64,000 bases of DNA from Patescibacteria group bacterium. GTDB taxonomy: Bacteria; Patescibacteriota; Minisyncoccia; Phycocordibacterales; UBA918. Below the pieces are notes generated by a model. That model saw only the letters and a list, made by a program, of their open reading frames with translations, had not been told where the DNA came from and did not search any database. Shown piece by piece: positions 45,658-55,598 of the stretch (the first letter of the stretch is position 1; every line of letters begins with the position of its first letter). The stretch is from contig JAIELQ010000007.1 of assembly GCA_019752815.1 (NCBI GenBank), forward strand, positions 115,728-179,727, read 5' to 3'. Both the position numbers and the translations under genes were made by a program.

Positions 45658-46629
45658 ATGTTAGCGACCCGGGTTGCAGTTGTCCGTGGAGGACCTAGTT
45701 CAGAATATGAAGTGTCGATGTCTACCGGCACTGGGGTAATTGATGCGCTTAAAAAACTCGGCTACACCGTGTCCGATATTACCGTGTCTAAAAAAGGGGA
45801 GTGGCTCGTCAATGGATTGGTTAAAAAACCAGAACAGGCTCTTATGACTACGGACGTCGTATTTATAGCGATGCACGGCGCATATGGAGAAGACGGAACG
45901 GTGCAACGTATCTGTGAACGCCTGCATATCCCATTTACCGGCAGTAACTCATTCCCATCAAGTCTTGCGTTCAACAAAGACAACACCAAACGCGCCTTAC
46001 TTCCGCACAATATCAAGACTCCTAAACACGTCAAAATCACCGACAAAATGATTGATGATATTGAGGGGTTAACCTATCTGATTAAAAACTCATTTGGTCC
46101 TGAATATGTACTCAAACCAATCAGTAGTGGTTCATCACATGGCATTATCATGGTAGATGGCAGTAGTGCACTCGGCAATGCCATAGCCCAGATGGCGGAA
46201 ACAGACGGTGAGTTCATGATCGAAGAACGTATTCGTGGACGTGAAGCCACCTGTGCCTTACTGGAAAATTTCCGAGACCAGGCACTCTATGTACTGCCCG
46301 CAATTGAAATTATCCCACCCGACACTCACGACTTTTTTGCCGCTGATGTGAAATACAACGGTGCCACTACCGAATTGGTGCCGGGCCGATTTTCATTCAC
46401 TGAAAAATCAGCTATCGCCGACGTCGCGTCGATTGTACATACCGTTCTTGGGTTAACCCAGTACTCCCGGTCTGATTTTATGATTCGTGACGGGGAAGTA
46501 TTCTTCCTCGAAGTGAACACCTTACCGGGTCTCACCCCCCAGTCACTGTTTCCAAAAGCGGCCGAAGCAGTCGGTCTGTCATTCAACGGTTTAATCGATC
46601 ATCTCGTTAAAACAGCTCGTGTCTATTAA
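45658..46629 (+). CDS. ddl: D-alanine--D-alanine ligase
   Basis: VAVVRGGPSSEYEVSMSTG N-terminal motif. ATP-grasp motifs (EERIRGRE, FFLEVNTLPGLT). Confidence 0.85.
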   Translation: MLATRVAVVRGGPSSEYEVSMSTGTGVIDALKKLGYTVSDITVSKKGEWLVNGLVKKPEQALMTTDVVFIAMHGAYGEDGTVQRICERLHIPFTGSNSFPSSLAFNKDNTKRALLPHNIKTPKHVKITDKMIDDIEGLTYLIKNSFGPEYVLKPISSGSSHGIIMVDGSSALGNAIAQMAETDGEFMIEERIRGREATCALLENFRDQALYVLPAIEIIPPDTHDFFAADVKYNGATTELVPGRFSFTEKSAIADVASIVHTVLGLTQYSRSDFMIRDGEVFFLEVNTLPGLTPQSLFPKAAEAVGLSFNGLIDHLVKTARVY

Positions 46630-46632
46630 TCT

Positions 46633-46965
46633 ATGAGTAAATCACTTACGAAACGAAAACTAGCCACTAAACTAAAATCCCTGCACCCTGATTGGGAATT
46701 ATCAAAAGCTGGTACCAGTATCTCGCGGAAATACTTATTCCCGAGCTACATGCGTGGGTTTATGTTTGTCACAAAAGTTTCAGTGCATTCAGAAGTATCA
46801 AACCATCACCCGGAGGTACATCTAACATACAATTACGTAAAAATTACCCTCACGACCCATGATGCCAAATCAGTGACATTAGCTGATTTTGAGTTGGCTG
46901 CAAAATTTGACGACCTCTATACATTATCCACCGCCATTCCAATTAGACCTCACAATCACTATTAA
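46633..46965 (+). CDS. Pterin-4a-carbinolamine dehydratase (PCD/DCoH)
   Basis: Motif EVSNHHPEVHLTYNYVKITLTTHD (the [E/D]-x-x-x-H-H-P pattern). Confidence 0.7.
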   Translation: MSKSLTKRKLATKLKSLHPDWELSKAGTSISRKYLFPSYMRGFMFVTKVSVHSEVSNHHPEVHLTYNYVKITLTTHDAKSVTLADFELAAKFDDLYTLSTAIPIRPHNHY

Positions 46966-46987
46966 TCTGCCGTATAATTATTTGTAT

Positions 46988-47602
46988 ATGAATCTAAACA
47001 TCGAAGGTACCAAACACGAAAAAGCTGTATTAGTAATATTGTCGTACGTTGTAGGATTTACCGCTGGATTTATTGTTTTTGGCGTGACGCAATCATCGCC
47101 ACTAGAATCTGCACCGATTATTAACGTCACAGAAGCACCGGCCGCCGAAATGGTTACAGGAGTTCCTGAAGTGTCAACCACAGAAACGCCTGAACTCGAA
47201 ACGTCAGATATGTCACAACAAGTGATGTACACAGGCGGTCGCTTGATGGCCAATAGCAATGGCGCCAGCGTGCTCCTCTCAGCTCAAATTCAAACTGTTG
47301 ATCCAGAAACTGCCAAAGACCTCGCGAGTCAGGGTGTGCACGAATCTCTTCCGCAATACCTAGCCTCAGACGATGGTAATTTCATTTACTACTGTGAACA
47401 ACACTCTGGTGAAGATACCTGTGTCAATTTCATCTACCAAGTCAGTGATCAATCAATCAAGTACGTAACGGCTGATGGAGTAAAACTTCGTTCAACACCA
47501 ATGGATGCCAAAGCAGCCTATTGGGAGGGAGCAACCCTAGTCATCGGTGCAAATCGCTCAATGACCCCAGACACCCCCTGGAAACTCAGTAGCGCCCAAT
47601 AA
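46988..47602 (+). CDS. Membrane-anchored hypothetical protein
   Basis: Start moved to the internal Met before TM AVLVILSYVVGFTAGFIVFGV. The listed start overlaps the PCD gene. Confidence 0.45.
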   Translation: MNLNIEGTKHEKAVLVILSYVVGFTAGFIVFGVTQSSPLESAPIINVTEAPAAEMVTGVPEVSTTETPELETSDMSQQVMYTGGRLMANSNGASVLLSAQIQTVDPETAKDLASQGVHESLPQYLASDDGNFIYYCEQHSGEDTCVNFIYQVSDQSIKYVTADGVKLRSTPMDAKAAYWEGATLVIGANRSMTPDTPWKLSSAQ

Positions 47603-47608
47603 GTCACC

Positions 47609-47637
47609 TTGACTTAAACCCTGTTAATGAGTAATAT
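47609..47637 (+). promoter_or_regulatory. Probable promoter of tRNA-Ala
   Basis: TTGACT (47609-47614), 17-nt spacer, TAATAT (47632-47637), ~35 nt upstream of the tRNA. Confidence 0.5.
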
Positions 47638-47672
47638 ACTTGTCACATTTGCCCAGGCAGATATGACAACAA

Positions 47673-47745
47673 GGGCCCGTAGCTCACTTGGTAGAGCGCC
47701 TCATTTGCACTGAGGAGGCAGGGAGTTCGAATCTTCTCGGGTCCA
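47673..47745 (+). tRNA. tRNA-Ala (anticodon TGC)
   Basis: Cloverleaf: acceptor GGGCCCG/CGGGTCC with a G3:U70 wobble (the Ala identity element). D-arm GCTC-ACTTGGTA-GAGC. Anticodon stem CCTCA/TGAGG with loop TTTGCAC. T-loop TTCGAAT. Discriminator A. CCA not encoded. Confidence 0.9.
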
Positions 47746-49354
47746 CTATACGCAACTTTTCAGGAGTTGCATCAGAAGCTAGGTTGTAAATACACGATAA
47801 AACGGGGTTCGAAAAGCCCTCGTTTTTCGTATATACAAGACCCTCTGGAAAGACTAAGTTTTGGAACCCGCGACGGAACTCTGGTGTTAAATCAAGCCAG
47901 AGACGAGAAATACTTTGTACAGCAACGTTAAAGTACTCCTTTTCAAATTCTGCCTCAAGGAGATCTATCGCGTCTTCGTGCAATGTGATTTTTGTCGTGA
48001 GTAGTTCCAATTCTAGTGCTGCGAGGCGCTCCTTTACCATTTCTGGTGTGTAGAGTCCTGATTCAGCTAACTCGTAGATTTTAAACCGTTTTGCCTTTAC
48101 TTCGTTTACCTTTGATTCTTGATCTACGTATTCTTGTCGTAGCTTACCGAGTAGTTCAGTTTGTCGTAGTGCAATCACAGCATTCATGTACTCAAGTAGA
48201 TCTGGTGATGGTGTGATGCGATTAAGTAGCTGCATGAAATCAGCTTCAAGGGTTGCTTTACGGATTACTTTATTCTTTAGCGGACACCCTTTCTGATAGC
48301 AGTGATAGCTGGGATAGTAATTGCCACTGCGACCACGAGACGAACTAGCGGTCATTTGCTGATCACAGACACTACAGCGAACTAGCCGACGGAGTGGAAA
48401 GTCCTCGTTGTCTCGATTTTTGATGATTTTCTTATTGCTTCGTTTACCATCGCGCACTGCAATAATTTCATCCAGTTCTTCCTGAGAGATCATTGGAGTG
48501 TGTTTTCCTGGATAGTATTTGTCGTCATCTGCACAATACAGCTTGCCTGCATAATAATCGAGATAGTGATACAGAATTCGATCAATTAATTGTGGTGAAG
48601 CAAGTATGCCAGCTATTTCAGCAAAGTTGTTTGCCTCGAAGTAGTTACGCATGTCCGTTGCGGTAAATTGTTGCAGGCGATAGCTACGCAGTGCCTCTTG
48701 AACCATAGGAAATAGCACAGGGTGAATTGGGTCAGGAGTAGTCTTTTTGGCACCATTCTTTTTGTTTTGTTTGTTGATATAACCGACAGGAGGCTTATAC
48801 GGATAAATGCCCTCACGAATTCGATCTTGAAGGCCGTTGCGACAACGTAACGCTCGGATGTTGTTATCAAATTCAGCAAAGCCCGCAAGCATTGTTTCCA
48901 TAAGCTTACCCATTGGTCCGTCATTAATAGCCTCAGTGACAGAGTGAAGGGTGGTCCCGTATTTAATGAGAGCGGCTTTAACTGCGAAGTGATCTTCAGT
49001 GTTACGAGCAAAACGGTCAATCTTCCATACTACGAACGCAGCAATCTGTCCCTTATGAACGCGACAGTAATCAATCGCACTTAGTAACTGTTTACGGTCT
49101 GTGGTTTTAGCACTTTCGCCTTTTTCTATGAATGGATCACACGCAAGTATGAGTCCTTGTTTATCAAGATAATCCTTACAAGCGCGCACCTGTGCATCCA
49201 GTGAGGTGCCATCAATTTGTTCTACGTCACTAACACGCACATAGACGATAGCCAGGTTTGTATTAGCTTTGAGTAATTTCTTTGTTTTTTTATTTCGAGT
49301 GTATAACTTAGTTTTCATGATTATTGTGTTTAATAAGCCAAAAGGCGGTCCCAA
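47684..49354 (-). CDS. Large serine recombinase (integrase)
   Basis: N-terminal resolvase catalytic domain (AIVYVRVSDVEQ...S..R), recombinase domain, Zn-ribbon CSVCDQQM..YHCYQKGC, C-terminal coiled-coil. The last 20 codons are the antisense of the tRNA-Ala gene. Start could be the second Met (MKTKLYT, 49318). Confidence 0.8.
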   Translation of the reverse strand: MGPPFGLLNTIIMKTKLYTRNKKTKKLLKANTNLAIVYVRVSDVEQIDGTSLDAQVRACKDYLDKQGLILACDPFIEKGESAKTTDRKQLLSAIDYCRVHKGQIAAFVVWKIDRFARNTEDHFAVKAALIKYGTTLHSVTEAINDGPMGKLMETMLAGFAEFDNNIRALRCRNGLQDRIREGIYPYKPPVGYINKQNKKNGAKKTTPDPIHPVLFPMVQEALRSYRLQQFTATDMRNYFEANNFAEIAGILASPQLIDRILYHYLDYYAGKLYCADDDKYYPGKHTPMISQEELDEIIAVRDGKRSNKKIIKNRDNEDFPLRRLVRCSVCDQQMTASSSRGRSGNYYPSYHCYQKGCPLKNKVIRKATLEADFMQLLNRITPSPDLLEYMNAVIALRQTELLGKLRQEYVDQESKVNEVKAKRFKIYELAESGLYTPEMVKERLAALELELLTTKITLHEDAIDLLEAEFEKEYFNVAVQSISRLWLDLTPEFRRGFQNLVFPEGLVYTKNEGFSNPVLSCIYNLASDATPEKLRIVDPRRFELPASSVQMRRSTK

Positions 49355-49466
49355 CCCGTATCACACCACCTTGGGCAGTATGAATAAGTCAGTGACCGCC
49401 CATTGGACGCGAGGCAATATACCTCTAACTAGTTGATGTGATAAATGATTGATTGAATAATAGCAC

Positions 49467-49928
49467 CTATTTCTTTTTCAGTCGGCTGTGGATTATTTTG
49501 TGCTTATTTTCTAACGATTTAGTAGCCTTGGTTGCTGTTGCACCCTTACTTTTTCGCAGCTTCAATCCAACTTCTTCAATGAAGGATTCTTTTGAGGTGA
49601 CTATATTCGAGCTTAAATGAAGAGTAATTTTATGTTCTCCCAAAGCAGTGAAGAATTGTGTTGATTTAGTTTCATCACGAAATAGTCTGTTATATGAAGT
49701 AACCACTAGTGCACCCAATGTCTCTGTACGGATGAGAGCGAGTAAGTCAACAAGACCAGGCCTCCGTTTATCAATTGAAGAGCCCACATCAATAAAGCAG
49801 TCCACAATAGTTAGGTCGTTTGTCTTACAGTATGCGATACACTCCTTTATCTGATTACTAATATGTTCTATTGGTTTCTCTGAACTGGAGCGAATATATA
49901 GAGCAGTTTTTACTAATTTCTTTTTCAT
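49467..49928 (-). CDS. Small serine recombinase / resolvase catalytic-domain protein
   Basis: ALYIRSSSEK (catalytic Ser context) .. VVTSYNRLFRD. 153 aa, no obvious C-terminal HTH. Confidence 0.5.
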   Translation of the reverse strand: MKKKLVKTALYIRSSSEKPIEHISNQIKECIAYCKTNDLTIVDCFIDVGSSIDKRRPGLVDLLALIRTETLGALVVTSYNRLFRDETKSTQFFTALGEHKITLHLSSNIVTSKESFIEEVGLKLRKSKGATATKATKSLENKHKIIHSRLKKK

Positions 49929-49938
49929 AACAATTTAA

Positions 49939-51735
49939 TTAAAACGGTATACCGTCATCTTCAATGTTTGTAACTACCTCCTCATCGTCATTTTCTTCTT
50001 CACTTACATCAGGTTCGGGACGGTCATCAATGAGTCGAAACATATGTTTACCGTTATCCTTTACCTCAACTGTAATCACTCCATCTTTTTTGAGTTTCGC
50101 TAAGGCAGTGTTCATAGCATGATCACCAATACTAAGTGCGCTTTTAATGTCAGTTCTTGACACCGCCTCGTCGATTCCTGAAAGCATGTGTACAATCTTT
50201 TCGATATTTTCCTGCGTATTTTCCTCCTTTGAAGTATCAACACCCAGATAGGAAAAGTTGATGCTGTTATTTTCACCCATTTGGAAACCAGCTTTGAATG
50301 GCGGTAGTTCTGGCTGAACACGAAGCTTCAACATGCGCACCATAAGATTTTCTGTCCTGCGTTCAATCGCTAAGTGGAAATCAAGTGCGTTAAAGATATC
50401 GGTTGATCCTCGCAGGCTGCCGCTCCCAGCTTTTCGTGTGTGCCCCTGGTCTTTCTTGTGGTGGTGAATAAAGATCACTGAACGCTCTGGAGCAACTAAG
50501 CTTCCTAGAGCTTTCATAACCTGTCGCATCTCTGTAGCGCTATTTTCGTCACGTCCATGCAAACGAACCATTGAGTCCAAGATTATTAGTCGTGGCTTCA
50601 ATGTATCGACATACTTCAACAACTTTGTTCGATGCGCTTCTCGGTCAATCTGCAGTCCTGTATGAGAAAGGAAAACAATATCGTCATGAGCTTCGATATC
50701 CATATTTCGGAATCGTTGTTCAATTATGCGTCGATTATTCTCCTCATCGATCACTAACACTTTACCTGCCGTAGTTCCAAAGTGTCCGAGATACGGAGCC
50801 CCTGTGGCAACAGCTTGTGATAAAGCCAGTGTCATAAACGATTTGTACGAGTTTGATTCTCCCGTAATAGCACCAAGACAACCAAGTGGAATAAGGTCTT
50901 TAGCTACCCATTGAATCGGAGGGAAGTCTTCAGCGTACAGTTCGCGTAGCGTAAATGGCTTTAATACAAATTCTTCAATATCACGCTGTTCAAGTTCGGT
51001 AAGTCGCAACTTTGTAATGCTATTGAATACCTTGCGTAGTTCCACATCTGGTAATGGTTCTGATAGAGCGGTCACGTTCCAAGTAACTACCTCAGGCCAA
51101 GCAACTTTATCCCAACGTTCTGGTCCCATTCGACTAACAATTTCACCTATCTGTTTTGCTGCCGCTTCGTTTCGCATCCCAACAGGAATCAACTCTGATG
51201 TTGCTTCCACAGGCTTATTTTTGAACGTAGAGAGCACTTCAAGCAGTCCTCCTGGGTATATTGGCAAATTAGTAATATCTGGCGCATTTTCACTTGTAAT
51301 CCCATGCCAGCTATATGCTCCTTTACTACTCACGCTTGGAGGCGCAACCACATAGCCGCCATCACCCCGAATATCTGTAAGTTCTGCAATCCGTGTGGCA
51401 TTCTTGGTTACTTTCCCTGGATACTGGTAGTAGAAGTGATATCCGCCACCACCAGTTTTTACAGTAAGCGTTGATGGGTACATTGAGCTATCTCCACCCG
51501 CTTCAACATCTACTACCACTAAGTTTGATATCAGTCCTGTCACAATACCTATCTGAGCCCTCGGAAACTGAGTAAGCCAGGCGTCTACTTCATCATCTGT
51601 CGCAATCCGTTTACTAAATTCACCCCATTTGATGAGTGGCTCTTTATTTTTGTTGAGGGGTATCACTGACCAACCCATTTTCCGATACTTCTTGAATGCT
51701 TCCGCCACTGTTACTGCTGTTACGTAATCGTTCAT
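49939..51735 (-). CDS. Bifunctional primase-polymerase (Prim-Pol) / P-loop helicase replication protein
   Basis: N-terminus WSVIPLNKNKEPLIKWGEF..GIVTG..VVDVE resembles Prim-Pol. Central RecA/DnaB-like P-loop GAITGESNSYKSF and Walker B VLVIDEEN. C-terminal wHTH-like region. Confidence 0.65.
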   Translation of the reverse strand: MNDYVTAVTVAEAFKKYRKMGWSVIPLNKNKEPLIKWGEFSKRIATDDEVDAWLTQFPRAQIGIVTGLISNLVVVDVEAGGDSSMYPSTLTVKTGGGGYHFYYQYPGKVTKNATRIAELTDIRGDGGYVVAPPSVSSKGAYSWHGITSENAPDITNLPIYPGGLLEVLSTFKNKPVEATSELIPVGMRNEAAAKQIGEIVSRMGPERWDKVAWPEVVTWNVTALSEPLPDVELRKVFNSITKLRLTELEQRDIEEFVLKPFTLRELYAEDFPPIQWVAKDLIPLGCLGAITGESNSYKSFMTLALSQAVATGAPYLGHFGTTAGKVLVIDEENNRRIIEQRFRNMDIEAHDDIVFLSHTGLQIDREAHRTKLLKYVDTLKPRLIILDSMVRLHGRDENSATEMRQVMKALGSLVAPERSVIFIHHHKKDQGHTRKAGSGSLRGSTDIFNALDFHLAIERRTENLMVRMLKLRVQPELPPFKAGFQMGENNSINFSYLGVDTSKEENTQENIEKIVHMLSGIDEAVSRTDIKSALSIGDHAMNTALAKLKKDGVITVEVKDNGKHMFRLIDDRPEPDVSEEENDDEEVVTNIEDDGIPF

Positions 51736-51874
51736 ATTCTTCGCCGTGACGCTTCATGAATCCACGAACAACAATGTCTGCCTGTATATCTACTAGGTCA
51801 CGAACTTTTATCAATTCATGTTCAGCTAGACCGAGATGACCCAGCATTTGTCTTGTGACTTCAATTGGTGTCAT
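51644..51874 (-). CDS. Small hypothetical protein (possible excisionase/regulator). Overlaps the 5' end of the listed primase ORF.
   Basis: 76-aa ORF overlapping the listed start of the primase ORF (49939..51735) by 92 nt in another frame. Confidence 0.3.
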   Translation of the reverse strand: MTPIEVTRQMLGHLGLAEHELIKVRDLVDIQADIVVRGFMKRHGEEYERLRNSSNSGGSIQEVSENGLVSDTPQQK

Positions 51875-51933
51875 TTGTTTAGATTAACTATTAATAAGAG
51901 CATGGAGGCCTCCGTGTCTCTTACTTTAATTAT

Positions 51934-52809
51934 CTAGTTAGGTTGGTGAGTCACCTGCGTGTCACCATTTTGGGTGCCGTAATTGCGATAGTATTCTCGG
52001 TTCTTGACTGAAATTAGCTTGTCATCGGTTGGAACCATTCTTTCAACTCGTTCATTAATACCCCTTACACTGTCTCGTATGGCTCTAATTGAAGTCTGAC
52101 GTTGTTCTTCTGCCCAGTCTAAAATTAAAATGTCAGCTAAGACATCATCAGGTACTGATTCACCACTTGGATATTTAAACAGCTCAGTTAAAATTTGGGC
52201 ATCATATAATCCAGTAAACTTAAGCTTCTCCTCATTGATTTGAAGTATTTTACTTTCAACGTTGTAACAAATTGAACAGTCAGCCAGTCCTACTTTCACA
52301 TGCTGGTTATTTCGAGTTCTGTCACAGAGCTTCTGCACATTTGCTAACATTTGAGTCACCTCTGCAGGCATGTCAGGTGGGATCCCTGATTCTGGGTAAC
52401 AGGAGTTGTAGTAGTGCTTTAGCGGTCCTGCAAGCTTACCCATGAATTGAGAAGGACTGATGTTCGGATGAAGTGTAGTAGCTTCTGCAACTGCTGCTGA
52501 AATTGAGCTATACGGTTCTGTCGCTACCTCCTCAAGCGGATATTCTAAAAATAACTCATCTGTTTTATTGATGTTAGCCAGATTTCGATATTTTGCTAAC
52601 AAGTTTTTAAGCGATGGTTGTGCCTCGGTGCTTCTGGTGTAGATAACCTCAGCTTCAAAGCACGCACTGAGACCGTAGTCTTCTGCGAGTTCTACTAAAT
52701 TTGAATATGCAGTAAATAAGTTGACCGTAGAGCGGAGAGCAGCAAATTCAGATAATGAGTCGTTAGGCATAACCAAATCGTACCAGAATTGCGCCTTTTT
52801 ACTACCCAA
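51934..52809 (-). CDS. Hypothetical protein (first gene of leftward module)
   Basis: 291-aa ORF, no recognisable motifs. Confidence 0.45.
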   Translation of the reverse strand: MGSKKAQFWYDLVMPNDSLSEFAALRSTVNLFTAYSNLVELAEDYGLSACFEAEVIYTRSTEAQPSLKNLLAKYRNLANINKTDELFLEYPLEEVATEPYSSISAAVAEATTLHPNISPSQFMGKLAGPLKHYYNSCYPESGIPPDMPAEVTQMLANVQKLCDRTRNNQHVKVGLADCSICYNVESKILQINEEKLKFTGLYDAQILTELFKYPSGESVPDDVLADILILDWAEEQRQTSIRAIRDSVRGINERVERMVPTDDKLISVKNREYYRNYGTQNGDTQVTHQPN

Positions 52810-53090
52810 ATTACAAGACTAGTCTACATCCTGAAAAATAGGAAAATTTTTTATGGCACCCCTCACTTTTTGGGTCCAGATTATTTCCAAACCACCCATA
52901 CCACCAAAAATTGCCTGACATACCGATACATACCCAGTGTCTTATATCTCATAACGTTTCCGAAGTACTCCCCCATACCACATTCACGACACAAGGTTCT
53001 TATGACTTGGGCTATGAAGGAGTAAATTATTTATAGCCATACTTCTTCGCACTACCTACACGGCTTAGTGCGGCGTTAACTACTATCACT

Positions 53091-53432
53091 ATGAAGAAAG
53101 TAAAAGAAGTAATAGAAGAAAGACCTATCAGTACTTACAAGGGTTCAGAGAAGACATTGGAGCTTGTTAAGGAGGCAATTAAAGAGCATCCGCAACTTGG
53201 TCCTAAATACCTTGTAGATTTTGACCCTTATTATTCGGCAATGACTTACAACTCTTGGAAGCGACAGGGTTATGTTCCTGCTAAAGGTTCAATCGGTATT
53301 AAGAGTGTGACGTTCATTGAGTCGCTAGATGAGCAAACAGGTAAGAAGAGTATGATTCCTCGGACAGTGATTCTATTCCATCGTTCGCAGGTTCAAGCAC
53401 TCAGCCCATTTAAACAAAAACAAACAGCATGA
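53091..53432 (+). CDS. Possible ArdC-N-like ssDNA-binding (antirestriction-type) domain protein
   Basis: YYSAMTYNSWKRQGYVPAKGSIGIKSVTF loosely matches the ArdC_N pattern (Y..P.W.TFKQA..LGG.V.KGEKG..IV). Weak assignment. Confidence 0.35.
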   Translation: MKKVKEVIEERPISTYKGSEKTLELVKEAIKEHPQLGPKYLVDFDPYYSAMTYNSWKRQGYVPAKGSIGIKSVTFIESLDEQTGKKSMIPRTVILFHRSQVQALSPFKQKQTA

Positions 53433-53594
53433 GTCGCAAACTAACTGTTGTGTGTGAACGGAGAGCCAAAGATGAGCCTTGCATCAGAATTACCGATAAG
53501 CGTCTTGCTGCAGCTGGCTTCTCACTGGGCGATCTCATTTCAGTAACCATCAAACCAAAGACAGTAATTATCAAACGACTTAACAAATTAAATT

Positions 53595-54164
53595 ATGAAT
53601 AACATCGCAACTCCATACAAACGACGACTACAAGGTCATTATCCACCTGTACGCGTGATTGTCTCCGAACCAAAACCAATCGCCGCACACCCAATAAAGA
53701 GTGAGATAGCAAAGAACCTCGGCACATTTTCCTTTATTGCGACCTTCGAAGAGGATCACGAGGCAATTGCTGCATTCAAGAACGAAGGGCTGATTGCCTA
53801 CAGATGCATTCTTAAGACAGCTGATGGTCAGCGTACACTAGGGATCGGACATGGAATCAACGTGCTCTCAGCAGAAAATCGATACTTAAGTAAAAGTGTG
53901 AAGTGGGCGCATTCAGGCGCATTTATAGCTGCAGTTACCAATGCAGTGAAATTTCCCACACTTGACGGTGTCCCGGTCTCAGATTTCGGAATGGGTAACA
54001 ATGAAATTGCCTCAGCATTTATGGCAACTGAAAAGCAAAAATCCTATTTAAAAGAGTTAATCATGGGCTTGCCTGAAGAAGACGGTCGCGAGGAGTTGAT
54101 TAATAATCTCGACTCGATGACAAAAGAAGATGCTAGCGAATTAATACAACAATTGAAGAATTAA
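53595..54164 (+). CDS. Hypothetical protein
   Basis: 189-aa ORF. Confidence 0.4.
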   Translation: MNNIATPYKRRLQGHYPPVRVIVSEPKPIAAHPIKSEIAKNLGTFSFIATFEEDHEAIAAFKNEGLIAYRCILKTADGQRTLGIGHGINVLSAENRYLSKSVKWAHSGAFIAAVTNAVKFPTLDGVPVSDFGMGNNEIASAFMATEKQKSYLKELIMGLPEEDGREELINNLDSMTKEDASELIQQLKN

Positions 54165-54249
54165 CATTAAAGCCGTGTTTCCTCAGCGAGACACGGCTTT
54201 TTTTGTTCTAATGCATTAAAAATGCTGTTTAAATGATATTATATTAAGC

Positions 54250-55590
54250 ATGATTAGTGAACTCGACACCATAAAAAATACAGTAACCAAAACTTTTACA
54301 GACTTTGGTATTTCTGTGGATGTAATAAAGGCGTATGAGGGTATCAACCATATTCACCTACATCTGGTCCCAACGAAGCCGGTTCGCATGCATGAGATTA
54401 GGGGTTATCTTGATGACTTACGTTTTGCTCTTGGTCGTCATGTAGTAAAGATAGAGGCACCGGTTAAAAATAAAAATGAAGTGAAGATTAGCGTTCTGAA
54501 AGACAAGCGAGGAACAACAGTTAATTGGGCTACATTACAGGAATGTTTGTTACCAGATAGTTCGCCATTAACTGTACCGTTCGGCATTACTGAAGAAAAT
54601 AAAACGCTTCTAGTTGATATTTTTACACTCCCGCATCTACTCGTTGGTGGCAGAATGATTACCGGCAAAACAAACTTTGTACACGGTCTCATAAATTCAC
54701 TTATATTACGTAACTGTCCAGATATACTTCGGTTGATTTTAGTTGATCCAAAACAAGAAGGTATGCCTTTGTATAAGGGACTGCCACATCTCCTTACGCC
54801 CCCAATCGACAGCTCTGAAAAGACAATACTCGCACTTAAGTGGGCCTGTAAAGAAATGGAACGTCGTTACGACATACTTGAGGCGAGTGACTCAGAGGAC
54901 ATTGCAGACTATCACCAAAAAGTATCTGCAGTAGATAAGCGTTCAGAACCAATGCCATACATTGTGTTCGTCATCGATGAACTGGCCGAAGTCATGGCCG
55001 ATTATGGAGATGAGGCAGAAAAGCTTATGCGAAGACTTGCTGTGATGGCTCGTGGCGCTGGTATTCATATGATCCTCACTACAGCTAGCAACGAACCCCG
55101 GATATTGCGAGGTACACTGCGTGCAAACATTTTTAGTGCTTTAAGCTTCGGTGCTGATTCACAAGCTGCCTCTGAGGCGTTTATATATCAAGCCGGTGCA
55201 GAAGAACTCATAGGCAGAGGAGTCGGTCTGTTTATTTCATTTGATTATACAACTGCAATTGAACTGCAAACTGGTTTAATTGATGAAAAGGAAATTAAGG
55301 AAAACGTTTTGAAGGTAAAACGTCGACACGGAGTGGTGGACGACAATAATATTGATTTAAAGACCCTCGCCGACTACAATCTCACTATTTTTGCCTTTGA
55401 TGAAGAGGATGATTTGTACGAGGACGCCAAGAAAGCGGTGATAGAAGCGGGTAAAGCGTCCACTTCATACATTCAGCGTAAGCTACGTATCGGTTATTCG
55501 CGAGCAGCTAGATTAATCGATCTTCTCGAAGAACGAGGCGTGATCGGTCCAGCTGATGGTGCGTCACCACGAGAAATATTGGAAGATTAA
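54250..55590 (+). CDS. FtsK/SpoIIIE-family DNA translocase (TraB/Tcp-like)
   Basis: Walker A GGRMITGKTN, Walker B VFVIDELAEVM. C-terminal FtsK-gamma-like winged helix YIQRKLRIGYSRAARLIDLLEERGVIGP. Confidence 0.75.
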   Translation: MISELDTIKNTVTKTFTDFGISVDVIKAYEGINHIHLHLVPTKPVRMHEIRGYLDDLRFALGRHVVKIEAPVKNKNEVKISVLKDKRGTTVNWATLQECLLPDSSPLTVPFGITEENKTLLVDIFTLPHLLVGGRMITGKTNFVHGLINSLILRNCPDILRLILVDPKQEGMPLYKGLPHLLTPPIDSSEKTILALKWACKEMERRYDILEASDSEDIADYHQKVSAVDKRSEPMPYIVFVIDELAEVMADYGDEAEKLMRRLAVMARGAGIHMILTTASNEPRILRGTLRANIFSALSFGADSQAASEAFIYQAGAEELIGRGVGLFISFDYTTAIELQTGLIDEKEIKENVLKVKRRHGVVDDNNIDLKTLADYNLTIFAFDEEDDLYEDAKKAVIEAGKASTSYIQRKLRIGYSRAARLIDLLEERGVIGPADGASPREILED

Positions 55591-55598
55591 TAAAATAG

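Noticed and set aside
47750-47830. attR/attL copy of the tRNA 3' end immediately downstream of the tRNA
   Set aside because: Only short hairpins were seen, with no duplicated tRNA-derived segment. The second att site is presumably beyond the window.
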